A stretch of DNA of 64,000 bases from an uncultured delta proteobacterium (GTDB taxonomy: Bacteria > Myxococcota > Myxococcia > Myxococcales > Anaeromyxobacteraceae): NCBI GenBank assembly GCA_963845515.1, contig CAWJSR010000015.1:32001-96000 (forward strand), in the 5' to 3' direction. The position numbers were made by a program, and so were the translations under genes. Positions 30,341-39,436 of this stretch are shown here, one piece after another. Every line of letters begins with the position of its first letter. Position 1 is the stretch's first letter. The notes beneath the pieces were generated by a model, which was not told the DNA's origin, did not search any database, and saw nothing but the letters and a program-made list of their open reading frames with translations.

Positions 30341-33300
30341 GTGACCTTCCGGGAAGCGATCGCGAAGCGCGTCCTCGTCTTCGACGGCGCGATGGGAACC
30401 CAGATCCAGCGCCACCAGCTCACCGCCGCGGAGTACGGCGGGAAGGAGGGGGCGAACGATCTGCTCGTGCTGACGCGACCAGACCTCGTCGAGGAGATCC
30501 ACGCCCGCTACTTCGCGGTCGGGTGCGACATCGTCGAGACGAACACCTTCGGCTCCTCGCGGCTGAAGCTGGACGAGTACGGGCTCGGCCACCGTACGTA
30601 CGAGGTGAACTTCCGCGCCGCGATTGTCGCCCGGCGCGCCGCCGACCGCTTCTCGACCTCGAGCCACCCGCGCTTCGTCGCCGGCTCGATGGGTCCCACC
30701 GGGATGCTCCCGTCGTCGAACGACCCCGCGCTCGGCAACATCACCGCCGACGCGCTCGAGCGGATCTTCTTCGAGCAGGCGAGGGGGCTCGTCGAGGGGG
30801 GCGTCGACGCCGTCGTCATCGAGACCCAGCAGGACATCCTCGAGCTCCGCTCGGCGGTCCTCGCCGTCGACGCCGTCCGGCGGGAGTGCGCGCGCGACGT
30901 CTTCATCATCGCCCAGCCGACACTCGACGCGAACGGGCGGATGCTCCTCGGGACCGACATCCAGGCGGCGCTCGCGACGCTGGAGCGGCTCCCCGTCGAC
31001 GCCATCGGGATCAACTGCTCGACCGGCCCCGCCGAGATGCGCGAGAGCGTCCGGCTCCTCTGCGAGAAGTCGTCGCACTACGTCTCGATCCTGCCTAACG
31101 CCGGGATGCCGGAGAACGTCGACGGCCACGCGGTCTACAAGCTCGGGCCCGAGGCGCTCGCCGACGCGCTCGCCGAGTTCGTCGCGAAGCATGGCGTCGA
31201 CATCGTCGGCGGCTGCTGCGGCACCACCCCCGCGCACATGAAGGCGGTCGTGGAGCGGCTCCGCACCGTGCAGGCGCCGCGCCGGGTCAGGCCTCCACCC
31301 GCGCAGGAGCTCTCCTCCTCGATGAAGGCGGTGCCCCTCGGCATGGAGCCGCGCCCGCTCATCGTGGGCGAGCGGCTCAACGCGCAGGGCTCCAGGAAGG
31401 TGAAGGAGCTGCTCGTCGCGGACGACTACGAGGGGCTCCTCCAGATCGCGCGCGGCCAGGTGGACGCCGGCGCCCACGTCCTCGACGTCTCGACGGCCCT
31501 GAACGAGCGGGACGACGAGGCGGCGCAGATGCGGACCCTCGTGCGCCTCCTCGCCCAGTCGGTCGAGGCGCCGGTGATGATCGACTCGACCGAGCCGGAC
31601 GTGCTCGAGAGCGGGCTCAAGGTCTACCCCGGCCGCGCCATCGTCAACTCGGTGAACCTCGAGAAGGGGGGCGAGAAGATCCGGCGCGTCCTCCCGCTCG
31701 TGAAGCGGTACGGCGCGGCGGTGGTCGCGCTGACCATCGACGAGAAGGGGATGGCGCAGACGGCCGACCGGAAGGCCGAGGTCGCCCGGCGCATCGTCGA
31801 GGTGGCGCGCGAGCACGGCGTCGGCCCCGACTCGATCGCCTTCGATGCGCTCACCTTCACGCTCGCGACGGGCAGCCCCGAGTACCGCCGCAGCGCCATC
31901 GAGACGCTCGAGGGGATCCGGCGGATCAAGGCGGAGAACCCCGGCGTCTACACGATCCTGGGAGTCTCCAACGTCTCCTTCGGCCTCTCCAAGAGCGCGC
32001 GCGAGGTGGTCAACTCGGCGTTCCTCTACCACGCGGTCAAGGCGGGGCTCGATCTCGCCATCGTGAACCCGAAGGACGTCCGCCCCTACCCGGCGCTCGC
32101 GGAGGCGGAGCGGACCCTCGCCGAGGACCTGCTCTTCGACCGGCGCGAGGACGCGCTCGCGGCGCTCATCGCCCACTTCGGCGAGAAGGGGAACGACAAG
32201 CCCGCCGCGCCGGTCGAGGACCTCCTCGCCGGCAAGACCGCCGAGGAGCGGCTAGCGCTCCAGATCCTCCACCGGCGCCCGGAGGGGATCGAGCCGCTCG
32301 TCGACGAGGCGCTCACCCGCAGGTCGGCCGTGGCGGTGCTGAACGAGGTGCTCCTCCCGGCGATGAAGGACGTCGGCGACAGGTTCGGCGCCGGCGAGCT
32401 GATCCTGCCGTTCGTCCTCCAGTCGGCCGAGGTGATGAAGCGCGCGGTCGGGTACCTGGAGCAGTTCCTGGAGAAGAAGGCGGGGTCCACCAAGGGGACC
32501 GTCGTGCTCGCCACGGTCTACGGCGACGTGCACGACATCGGCAAGAACCTGGTCAAGACCATCCTCCAGAACAACGGCTTCACCGTCCACGACCTCGGCA
32601 AGCAGGTGCCGGTCTCGACCATCATCGAGAGGGCGGTCTCCGAGAACGCCGACGCCATCGGCCTCTCGGCGCTGCTCGTCTCCACGTCGAAGCAGATGCC
32701 GGCCTGCGTCGAGGAGCTGCACCGGCGGAACCTGTCGTTCCCGGTGATCGTCGGCGGCGCCGCCATCAACCGGCGCTTCGCCGCGAAGGCGCTCTTCGGC
32801 GCGGACGGTACTCCGTACGCCGGCGGCGTCTACTACGCGCGCGACGCCTTCGAGGGCCTGTCGCTCATGGACGCGCTCGTCGACCCGAAGCGGCGCGACG
32901 CGCTCAAGTCGGAGAACCTGTCCAGGGCCATCGCGCTCAGGGACGCCCCCGTGGATGGGGGCGCGGCCGCGCCGATCCGGACGGTGCGCGCCGGAACCCG
33001 GCCGGCGCCACATGTCCCCTCGCCACCCTTCTGGGGAACCCGGACCGTGCCCTCCGGCGAGGTCCCGCTCGCCGACCTCTGGCCGCTCCTGGACCGCACG
33101 GAGCTCTTCAAGCTCCAGTGGGGCGGGCGGGTGAGCGGGGCCGAGTACGAGAAGCTCGTGAAGGACGACTTCGGGCCGCGGCTCGCGGCGCTAACGGCCG
33201 AGGCGCAGGCCGAGGGCTGGCTCGTGCCGCGCGTCGTCTACGGCTACTTCCCCTGCCACGCCGAGGGGAACGACCTCGTCATCCTGGACCCGGTACACCG

Positions 33301-33769
33301 CCTGGCGGAGCTAGGGCGGCTGAAGCTCCCGCGCCAGCCAGCCGAGCGCCAGCTGTGCATGGCCGACTGGTTCCGCGAGGAGAAGGGGGCGGACGTCTGC
33401 GCGCTCCAGGTCGTGACGGTCGGCGACCGCGCGTCGAAGCTGGCGACCTCCCTCAACGACAAGGGCGAGTACGCCCGATCGCTCTTCATCCACGGCCTCG
33501 CGGTGGAGGCCGCCGAGGCGCTCGCGGAGTACTGGCACCGGCGCGTCCGCGCGGAGCTGGCGCTGCCGGACGGCCAGGGGAAGCGCTACTCACCCGGCTA
33601 CCCGGCCTGGCCCGACCTCGCCGACCAGCGGCTCGTCTTCAAGCTGCTGGACCCCGAGCGGACGATCGGCGTCTCGCTCACGGAGGCGGACCAGATGGTC
33701 CCCGAGGCGAGCACCTCGGCGATCGTGCTCCACCACCCGGACGCGACCTACTTCGCCGTCAAGGGGTAG
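30341..33769 (+). CDS. metH: Cobalamin-dependent methionine synthase
   Basis: DGAMGT, GGCCGT, IVGERLN, GDVHDIGKNLV and RYSPGYP motifs. Confidence 0.97.
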   Translation: MTFREAIAKRVLVFDGAMGTQIQRHQLTAAEYGGKEGANDLLVLTRPDLVEEIHARYFAVGCDIVETNTFGSSRLKLDEYGLGHRTYEVNFRAAIVARRAADRFSTSSHPRFVAGSMGPTGMLPSSNDPALGNITADALERIFFEQARGLVEGGVDAVVIETQQDILELRSAVLAVDAVRRECARDVFIIAQPTLDANGRMLLGTDIQAALATLERLPVDAIGINCSTGPAEMRESVRLLCEKSSHYVSILPNAGMPENVDGHAVYKLGPEALADALAEFVAKHGVDIVGGCCGTTPAHMKAVVERLRTVQAPRRVRPPPAQELSSSMKAVPLGMEPRPLIVGERLNAQGSRKVKELLVADDYEGLLQIARGQVDAGAHVLDVSTALNERDDEAAQMRTLVRLLAQSVEAPVMIDSTEPDVLESGLKVYPGRAIVNSVNLEKGGEKIRRVLPLVKRYGAAVVALTIDEKGMAQTADRKAEVARRIVEVAREHGVGPDSIAFDALTFTLATGSPEYRRSAIETLEGIRRIKAENPGVYTILGVSNVSFGLSKSAREVVNSAFLYHAVKAGLDLAIVNPKDVRPYPALAEAERTLAEDLLFDRREDALAALIAHFGEKGNDKPAAPVEDLLAGKTAEERLALQILHRRPEGIEPLVDEALTRRSAVAVLNEVLLPAMKDVGDRFGAGELILPFVLQSAEVMKRAVGYLEQFLEKKAGSTKGTVVLATVYGDVHDIGKNLVKTILQNNGFTVHDLGKQVPVSTIIERAVSENADAIGLSALLVSTSKQMPACVEELHRRNLSFPVIVGGAAINRRFAAKALFGADGTPYAGGVYYARDAFEGLSLMDALVDPKRRDALKSENLSRAIALRDAPVDGGAAAPIRTVRAGTRPAPHVPSPPFWGTRTVPSGEVPLADLWPLLDRTELFKLQWGGRVSGAEYEKLVKDDFGPRLAALTAEAQAEGWLVPRVVYGYFPCHAEGNDLVILDPVHRLAELGRLKLPRQPAERQLCMADWFREEKGADVCALQVVTVGDRASKLATSLNDKGEYARSLFIHGLAVEAAEALAEYWHRRVRAELALPDGQGKRYSPGYPAWPDLADQRLVFKLLDPERTIGVSLTEADQMVPEASTSAIVLHHPDATYFAVKG

Positions 33770-33822
33770 GCGCCCCACTGGGACGGGCGACGGCCCCGCG
33801 CAGGACCTAGTAGTCCGGGGCC

Positions 33823-35115
33823 GTGGACGACCTCCTCGCTGCACGTGCGCTCTTCGGGCTCTCGCTCGCCTTCCATATCGTCTTCGCCGCCGTGGGCGTG
33901 GCGATGCCGCTCTTCATGGTCCTCGCGGAGTGGCGCTGGCGCCGCGCCGGCTCGGAGGTCCACCTGGAGCTGGCCCGGCGCTGGGCTAAGGCGACCACGA
34001 TCCTGTTCGCCGTCGGGGCGGTGTCCGGCACGGTCATCTCCTTCGAGCTGGGGCTCCTGTGGCCGCGGTTCATGGAGTTCGCCGGACCGATCATCGGCAT
34101 GCCGTTCTCACTGGAGGGCTTCGCCTTCTTCGCAGAGGCGATCTTCCTCGGCATCTACCTCTACGGCTGGGAGCGCGTGCCTGCGCGGCTGCACCTCGCC
34201 AGCGGCGTCGTGGTCGCCGCGAGCGGGGCGCTCTCGGCCTTCTTCGTGACGCTCGCGAACGCGTGGATGAACCACCCCGCCGGGTTCCAGCTTTACGCAG
34301 GCGCGGCGACAGGGATCCGTCCCTTCGAGGCGATGTTCCCGCCCGGCTGGGCCCACGAGGTGATCCACGTCCTCCTCTCCTGCTACGTGGCGACCGCCTT
34401 CGCGCTGGCGGGGATCCACGCCGCGGCGCTGCTGCGGGAGCCCGCGAGCGCGTTCCATCGCGCGGCGCTCCGGATCGTGCTCGGCGTCGGCGCCGTCGGG
34501 GCGCTCCTGCAGCCGGTCTCGGGCGACCTCTCCGCGCGCCAGGTCGCGCAGCACCAGCCGCTCAAGCTCGCGGCGCTCGAGGGCCAGTTCAGGACGGAGC
34601 GGGGCGCACCGCTCAGGATCGGCGGCATCCCGGATCCGGAGCGCCGCGAGACCCGCTACGCGCTGGAGCTCCCCCGCGGCCTCTCGCTCCTGGCGTTCCA
34701 CGATCCCGCCGCCGAGGTGAAGGGGCTGGAGGCCTTCCCGCGCGGGGACTGGCCCAACGTCCGAAACGTCCACTTCGCCTTCCAGATCATGGTGGGGCTG
34801 GGGACGCTGCTCGCGCTCGTCGCCGCGACGGCGGCCGCGCTGTGGGTCCGCAGGCGTCCCATGCCGCGCTGGTTCCTGCGGCTCCTCGTCCTCAGTGCGC
34901 CGGCCGGCTTCCTGGCGCTGGAGGCGGGCTGGCTGGTGACCGAGTGGGGGCGCCAGCCGTACTCGGTCTGGGGCGTGCTGCGGACCGCCGACTCGGTGAC
35001 CCCCGTCGGCCACCTCGCCGTGCCGCTCGTCCTCTTCACGCTCCTCTATGCGTTCCTGGCGGTCATCACGGTCGCGCTACTGCGGCGCCAGATCGCTCCC
35101 GGACGGCTCCGATGA
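33823..35115 (+). CDS. cydA: Cytochrome bd ubiquinol oxidase subunit I
   Basis: AFHIVF, EGFAFFAEA, NAWM, QPLKLAALEG and EWGRQP motifs. Confidence 0.95.
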   Translation: MDDLLAARALFGLSLAFHIVFAAVGVAMPLFMVLAEWRWRRAGSEVHLELARRWAKATTILFAVGAVSGTVISFELGLLWPRFMEFAGPIIGMPFSLEGFAFFAEAIFLGIYLYGWERVPARLHLASGVVVAASGALSAFFVTLANAWMNHPAGFQLYAGAATGIRPFEAMFPPGWAHEVIHVLLSCYVATAFALAGIHAAALLREPASAFHRAALRIVLGVGAVGALLQPVSGDLSARQVAQHQPLKLAALEGQFRTERGAPLRIGGIPDPERRETRYALELPRGLSLLAFHDPAAEVKGLEAFPRGDWPNVRNVHFAFQIMVGLGTLLALVAATAAALWVRRRPMPRWFLRLLVLSAPAGFLALEAGWLVTEWGRQPYSVWGVLRTADSVTPVGHLAVPLVLFTLLYAFLAVITVALLRRQIAPGRLR

Positions 35116-36134
35116 CCCCCGCCGACCTCCTCGGGGGCGCGATGCTGGTCGCGCTGATCCTCTACACTCTCACCGGAGGCGCCGACTTCGGCGGCGGCAT
35201 CTGGGACCTCCTCGCCTCCGGGCCCAGGACGCGTGAGCAGCGCGAGCTGATCGAGCACGCGATCGGCCCGATCTGGGAGGCGAACCACGTCTGGCTCATC
35301 CTCGTGGTCGTGGTGCTCTTCACGGCGTTCCCGGCCGCGTTCGCGGCGGCCTCGGTCGCCCTCTTCGTACCGCTGGTGCTCCTCCTGGTCGGCATCGTCC
35401 TCCGTGGCGCGGCGTTCACCTTCCGGGCGTACGATCGCCGGGACGACCGCGTGCAGGCCCGCTGGGGGCTGCTCTTCTCCTCGGCGTCGGCGCTCGCACC
35501 GCTCCTGCTCGGGGTGGTCGTCGGCGCGCTCGCGTCGGGACGGCTCCGCGTCGCCGCGCGAGGCTCCGAGCCGCTCGCGTGGCTCGCGCCGTTCCCGCTC
35601 TCGGTCGGACTCCTCGCCCTGGCGCTGTTCGCGTACCTCGCTGCGGCCTACCTCTCCGTCGAGTCCACGGGGGCGCTGCGTGACGACTTCCGGCGCAGGG
35701 CGCTGGCCGCGGGCGTGGCCGCGGGCGTCGCGGCGCTGCTCGCCGCCGCGCTGGCACGCGCGCAGGCGCCGCTCGTCTTCGAGGGACTGACGCAGCGGCC
35801 GTGGTCGTGGCCACTCCTCGCCACGACCGCGGCGGCCGCGGGCGTCGCGTTCGCCGCCCTGTCCGGCGGTCGCGTCCGGCTCGCGCGCGCGGCCGCGGCG
35901 CTGCAGTCGGCGCTCATCGTGGCGGGGTGGGGCGCGGCCCAGCACCCGTACCTCCTCGTGCCCGACCTGACGCTCGCGTCGGCGAGCGCACCGCGCAGCG
36001 TGCAGGTCGCGCTGCTGTGGGCGCTCGGCGCGGGCGCGGTCTTCCTCTTCCCCGCCCTCTACCTGCTCTTCCGGGTGTTCAAGGGAGCGCGGCCGTTCTC
36101 GGTGCTCGATCGGCGCCGCACTACTCCGCCATGA
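35112..36134 (+). CDS. cydB: Cytochrome bd ubiquinol oxidase subunit II
   Basis: GGADFGGG and IGPIWEANHVWLI motifs; ATGA overlap with cydA. Confidence 0.93.
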   Translation: MTPADLLGGAMLVALILYTLTGGADFGGGIWDLLASGPRTREQRELIEHAIGPIWEANHVWLILVVVVLFTAFPAAFAAASVALFVPLVLLLVGIVLRGAAFTFRAYDRRDDRVQARWGLLFSSASALAPLLLGVVVGALASGRLRVAARGSEPLAWLAPFPLSVGLLALALFAYLAAAYLSVESTGALRDDFRRRALAAGVAAGVAALLAAALARAQAPLVFEGLTQRPWSWPLLATTAAAAGVAFAALSGGRVRLARAAAALQSALIVAGWGAAQHPYLLVPDLTLASASAPRSVQVALLWALGAGAVFLFPALYLLFRVFKGARPFSVLDRRRTTPP

Positions 36135-36708
36135 CCCGGATCTCCCCGCTCGTCATGTCGTAGATCCAGCCGTGGGTCTGGAGCTTCCCGGCCTGCTGCG
36201 CCTTCCGGACGAACGGGTAGTCGTGCAGGTGGTCCAGCTGCAGCCGGACGTTCTCCTCGACGATGAGCTTGTGGCGCTGCTCGGCGCCGACGTCGATCCG
36301 GAGCGAGCGGAGCTTCTCGTCCACGCGCTCCTTCGCCTTGTAAGCGCCGTTGAGCCAGATCGGGATGTACTTGTCCTCGGTGTCCTCGTCGTCGAGGGCG
36401 TTGATGCCGCCGCAGCCGTAGTGGCCGCAGATGACGACGTCGGGGATCTTGAGGTGGTTGATCGAGAACTCCAGGACGGCGGAGAGGTTCCAGTCGTTCT
36501 GGGCGACGACGTTGCCGACGTTTCGGTGGACGAAGACCTCCCCCGGGCGAGTGTCGGTGATCACGTTCACTGCGAGGCGGGAGTCCGAGCAGCCGATCCA
36601 CAGGACCGTCGGGCTCTGCGCCTTCGCCAGCCCGGCGAAGTAGTCGCGCTCCTTGTCGAAGGTGGTCTCGACGAACCGCCTGTTCCCCTCGAGCAGCCTC
36701 GTGATCAT
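36121..36708 (-). CDS. can: Beta-class carbonic anhydrase
   Basis: WIGCSDSR, VHRNVGN and GHYGCGG motifs. Confidence 0.93.
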   Translation of the reverse strand: MITRLLEGNRRFVETTFDKERDYFAGLAKAQSPTVLWIGCSDSRLAVNVITDTRPGEVFVHRNVGNVVAQNDWNLSAVLEFSINHLKIPDVVICGHYGCGGINALDDEDTEDKYIPIWLNGAYKAKERVDEKLRSLRIDVGAEQRHKLIVEENVRLQLDHLHDYPFVRKAQQAGKLQTHGWIYDMTSGEIRVMAE

Positions 36709-36799
36709 GCGCGCCTCGACTTCCGCAGGCAGGAGCGACCGCTCCCATCATGGCCGGACCGCGCGGAAAAGCGAAGCCGTGACTCGAGGCGACGCGGCG

Positions 36800-37297
36800 C
36801 TACGCGAAGTCGCGCGCCAGCTCCTCGCAGAGGAAGCCGGGAGGGGGACTGTCCCCCAGCTTAGCGCCGAGGAGCCCCACCTTGATCCCCGCCTTCTTGA
36901 GCCGGCTCGACGCGCGGCTGCTGAGCACGACCAGGACGATGAGTCCGATGAGGTTCGGCAGGAAGCCGCCGATGGCCCAGAGCACGGCCACCTTCGACCC
37001 GAGCGCCCCCGCGAGGCGGTAGGTCGCGACGGCCATCCAGAGCCGGACTCCAACGACCACGGCGACGATCACGATCGCCGCGACCTCGCGGAAGCCCTGG
37101 GCCTCCCCGGACAGCGGCGAGGGGAGCTGCGTGAAGAGGACGGCCAGGATCCCGGCGAGGACCGCCAGCATGATCTGGCGCTGCGCGTCGGCGATCGCCT
37201 TGAGGGCCGCCCAGGACGGGAGGGCCGCGGCGCGCGCCCGCGTCCGGAACGAGGGCTCGGGCGGCGGCGGCAGGTTCGTGGGCTCGGGGAGTGGCAT
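36800..37297 (-). CDS. Hypothetical membrane protein
   Basis: Several TM segments and GC3 bias. Confidence 0.7.
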   Translation of the reverse strand: MPLPEPTNLPPPPEPSFRTRARAAALPSWAALKAIADAQRQIMLAVLAGILAVLFTQLPSPLSGEAQGFREVAAIVIVAVVVGVRLWMAVATYRLAGALGSKVAVLWAIGGFLPNLIGLIVLVVLSSRASSRLKKAGIKVGLLGAKLGDSPPPGFLCEELARDFA

Positions 37298-37311
37298 GGA
37301 CCCGATCCGCG

Positions 37312-38139
37312 CTACGGCAGTGGCAGCTGGCCGCTCACCGCGAACGGCAGCTGCATCCAGCCGAAGCCGGCGGTGCCGCTGGCCCCGACGCTGACCGACT
37401 TCCCGCGCGCCTGCATGAGCGCGCGCCCCGCGCCCAGGATGGAGAGCCGGACCGGGATCTCCAGCGTCGCCGTGCCGCCCGCCGGGATCGCGCCGAGCTC
37501 ACGGCTCGCCGCCTGGGCGACACGCTCGCCCGAGAGCTCCACGTCGAGCTTCACCGAGGCCGCCGGGAGCGGGAAGCCATTGGGGTTCTCCACGCGGAGC
37601 CGCACGAGGAGCTCCGTCTCGGTGAAGGTCTGCCGGCCGAGCCGGATCCCGCCGAGCTCGACGCGTGGCAGCCTGGGGACCGGCAGGCTGCCGGCGTGCG
37701 ACCAGGGGACCTCGATCGGCCCGATCGGGGACTCCACCTTCACGCTGCCCGCGACCCTGAAGTCGACCTTCTCCTTGGTCTCGGCGAGCCTCGCGAGGTT
37801 CGCGAGGTCGGCGAAGCGGAGATGCGCCGTGACGCGAGAGGTGGCGGAGCCGTTGGCGGGAAGCGTGAGCCCGCCGGGCGCGTCGCCGCTCGCCACGCGC
37901 CCCCCCTCGGCGTCGAGCTGCCACGTGAGCGCGGCCACGCGAAGCCCAAGGTGATTGGGGTTCTTCACCAGCAGGTCCACCGCGACCGTCATCCCCTCGA
38001 AGTCGGCGGCGGTCGGCGCCGCCGACACGACCGAGACCTCTGGCGTCATGATCCCCTGCCGCAGGACCGCTCCGAGCCCCCCGCATCCGGAGAGCGTGGA
38101 CAGCACTGCTACGGCAGCGACTCGCGGGCTCAGCGTCAC
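37312..38139 (-). CDS. LEA type 2 (WHy) domain lipoprotein, two domains
   Basis: Lipobox LSG-C; VKNPNHLGL and VENPNGFPL motifs. Confidence 0.85.
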   Translation of the reverse strand: MTLSPRVAAVAVLSTLSGCGGLGAVLRQGIMTPEVSVVSAAPTAADFEGMTVAVDLLVKNPNHLGLRVAALTWQLDAEGGRVASGDAPGGLTLPANGSATSRVTAHLRFADLANLARLAETKEKVDFRVAGSVKVESPIGPIEVPWSHAGSLPVPRLPRVELGGIRLGRQTFTETELLVRLRVENPNGFPLPAASVKLDVELSGERVAQAASRELGAIPAGGTATLEIPVRLSILGAGRALMQARGKSVSVGASGTAGFGWMQLPFAVSGQLPLP

Positions 38140-39275
38140 GGCTCCACCTCCACGTCCAGTTCACTGATACAGGCGTCGTCCCGCTTACCCTTGTACACGT
38201 CCACGATCACGATCGTCACGCCGAAGACGCGCTCCCCTCCGGATAGTGCGATCCGCTGCGCCTTCGGCTCGTCGGCGAGATCGCCCTCCACCTTGGTCCC
38301 GTCCGGCAGGATCACGCGGATCCGCTTTGGCCTCGTCACCTCCCGGAACGCGTCGCCGGCGTCGAGGCCGGGGACGATGGAGACGGCCTTCACGCGCTGC
38401 GCAGGGACGAAGGCGAGCTCCAGCTTCTGGAACCAGCCGGCGCCCGGCGCGCCCTCGCACCAGGCGGTGTCGGGCCTGCCGTCCACGGCGGCCGCGGCCG
38501 AGTAGTCGACGAGCCCCGCGCGCGACGGCAGCGTCGACGACGCGGTGATCTTGTCGAGGAACGGGATCGGGTAGGGGCGAACGGAGTGGCGAACGCCATC
38601 GAAGCGGTAGCTCGCCACCTCGACCGCCTCCTCTGCGCAGTCACCGGTGGCGTCGCAGTCGACGGTGGTCGAGCGGACCCGCAGGTCGGCGAACCCGCCA
38701 GAGGAGGTCGGCAGGACCTCGATCGCCTGGCGCACGCTCGGGCGCCTGCTCCCCGGCGCGGCGGTCCTGGCGATCGGGGCGGCGAGGAGGCGCGTCAGCC
38801 GTCCCGCGCCGAAGCGGTGGATGAAGGTCCGCTCCTCGGCGGCGCTCCCGTCGACCGCATTCCAGCCGACCGTGGAGGAGAGGGCGCCAGGGGCCACTCG
38901 GTGAGCGTTCACCGCGAGCGCCACCGTCGGCGGCCCCCAGGTCTCCACCCCCTCGAGCTCGTCGCTGCCGAGGAGCGCGTTCCCGCCATCGACGTCGCCG
39001 AAGACCAGCAGCGCGAAGACCGCCGAGCCCTTCGGCTTCGGCATGGACGCGACGAGGAGCGCCACGTCTCCTCCGGTGAGGTCGGCGCGGGCGGTGGCCA
39101 CGACCGCTCCCCGGATCTTCGCCTTGCCGAGCTCGAGGAGCGCGGCGTCGCTGGCCTTCGCTGCCGGGGACCGGGGGCCGGCCGGCGGCTGCGCCCCTTG
39201 CGCGACAGCGGCCGTGACGAGGAGCGCCGCTGACACCGCCAGGAGCGCCCTTGACGAGACGTGCTTCAGATGCAT
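38136..39275 (-). CDS. Exported protein with C-terminal discoidin/NADase-type glycan-binding-like domain
   Basis: Signal peptide; ASSTL...AVDG.PDTAWCEG...RPKRI...VYKG...ACISEL. Confidence 0.65.
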   Translation of the reverse strand: MHLKHVSSRALLAVSAALLVTAAVAQGAQPPAGPRSPAAKASDAALLELGKAKIRGAVVATARADLTGGDVALLVASMPKPKGSAVFALLVFGDVDGGNALLGSDELEGVETWGPPTVALAVNAHRVAPGALSSTVGWNAVDGSAAEERTFIHRFGAGRLTRLLAAPIARTAAPGSRRPSVRQAIEVLPTSSGGFADLRVRSTTVDCDATGDCAEEAVEVASYRFDGVRHSVRPYPIPFLDKITASSTLPSRAGLVDYSAAAAVDGRPDTAWCEGAPGAGWFQKLELAFVPAQRVKAVSIVPGLDAGDAFREVTRPKRIRVILPDGTKVEGDLADEPKAQRIALSGGERVFGVTIVIVDVYKGKRDDACISELDVEVEP

Positions 39276-39309
39276 TTCCCCCGAATCTACACCCACTCGC
39301 CGCGGCCTT

Positions 39310-39406
39310 GTATCCACGCCCCATCCACCCCCATTCCACGCCCATTCCACGGCCGGATCCCTGGAGATTTCCGCAGTTCTCCACCGCACATCCACGGTGA
39401 TCCGCG
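39310..39406 (+). promoter_or_regulatory. Phased array of degenerate DnaA-box-like 9-mers (nnnTCCAC/TCCGC) upstream of dnaB
   Basis: Units start at 39310, 39321, 39332, 39343 (11-bp period) and at 39367, 39377, 39388, 39398. Confidence 0.55.
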
Positions 39407-39436
39407 TCGGACCCCGCTGTTAGGCTGCGCCCACCG

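Noticed and set aside
39283..39436. Chromosomal origin oriC
   Set aside because: No perfect DnaA box, no clear AT-rich unwinding element and no dnaA/dnaN/gidA neighbours; kept only as a regulatory array.
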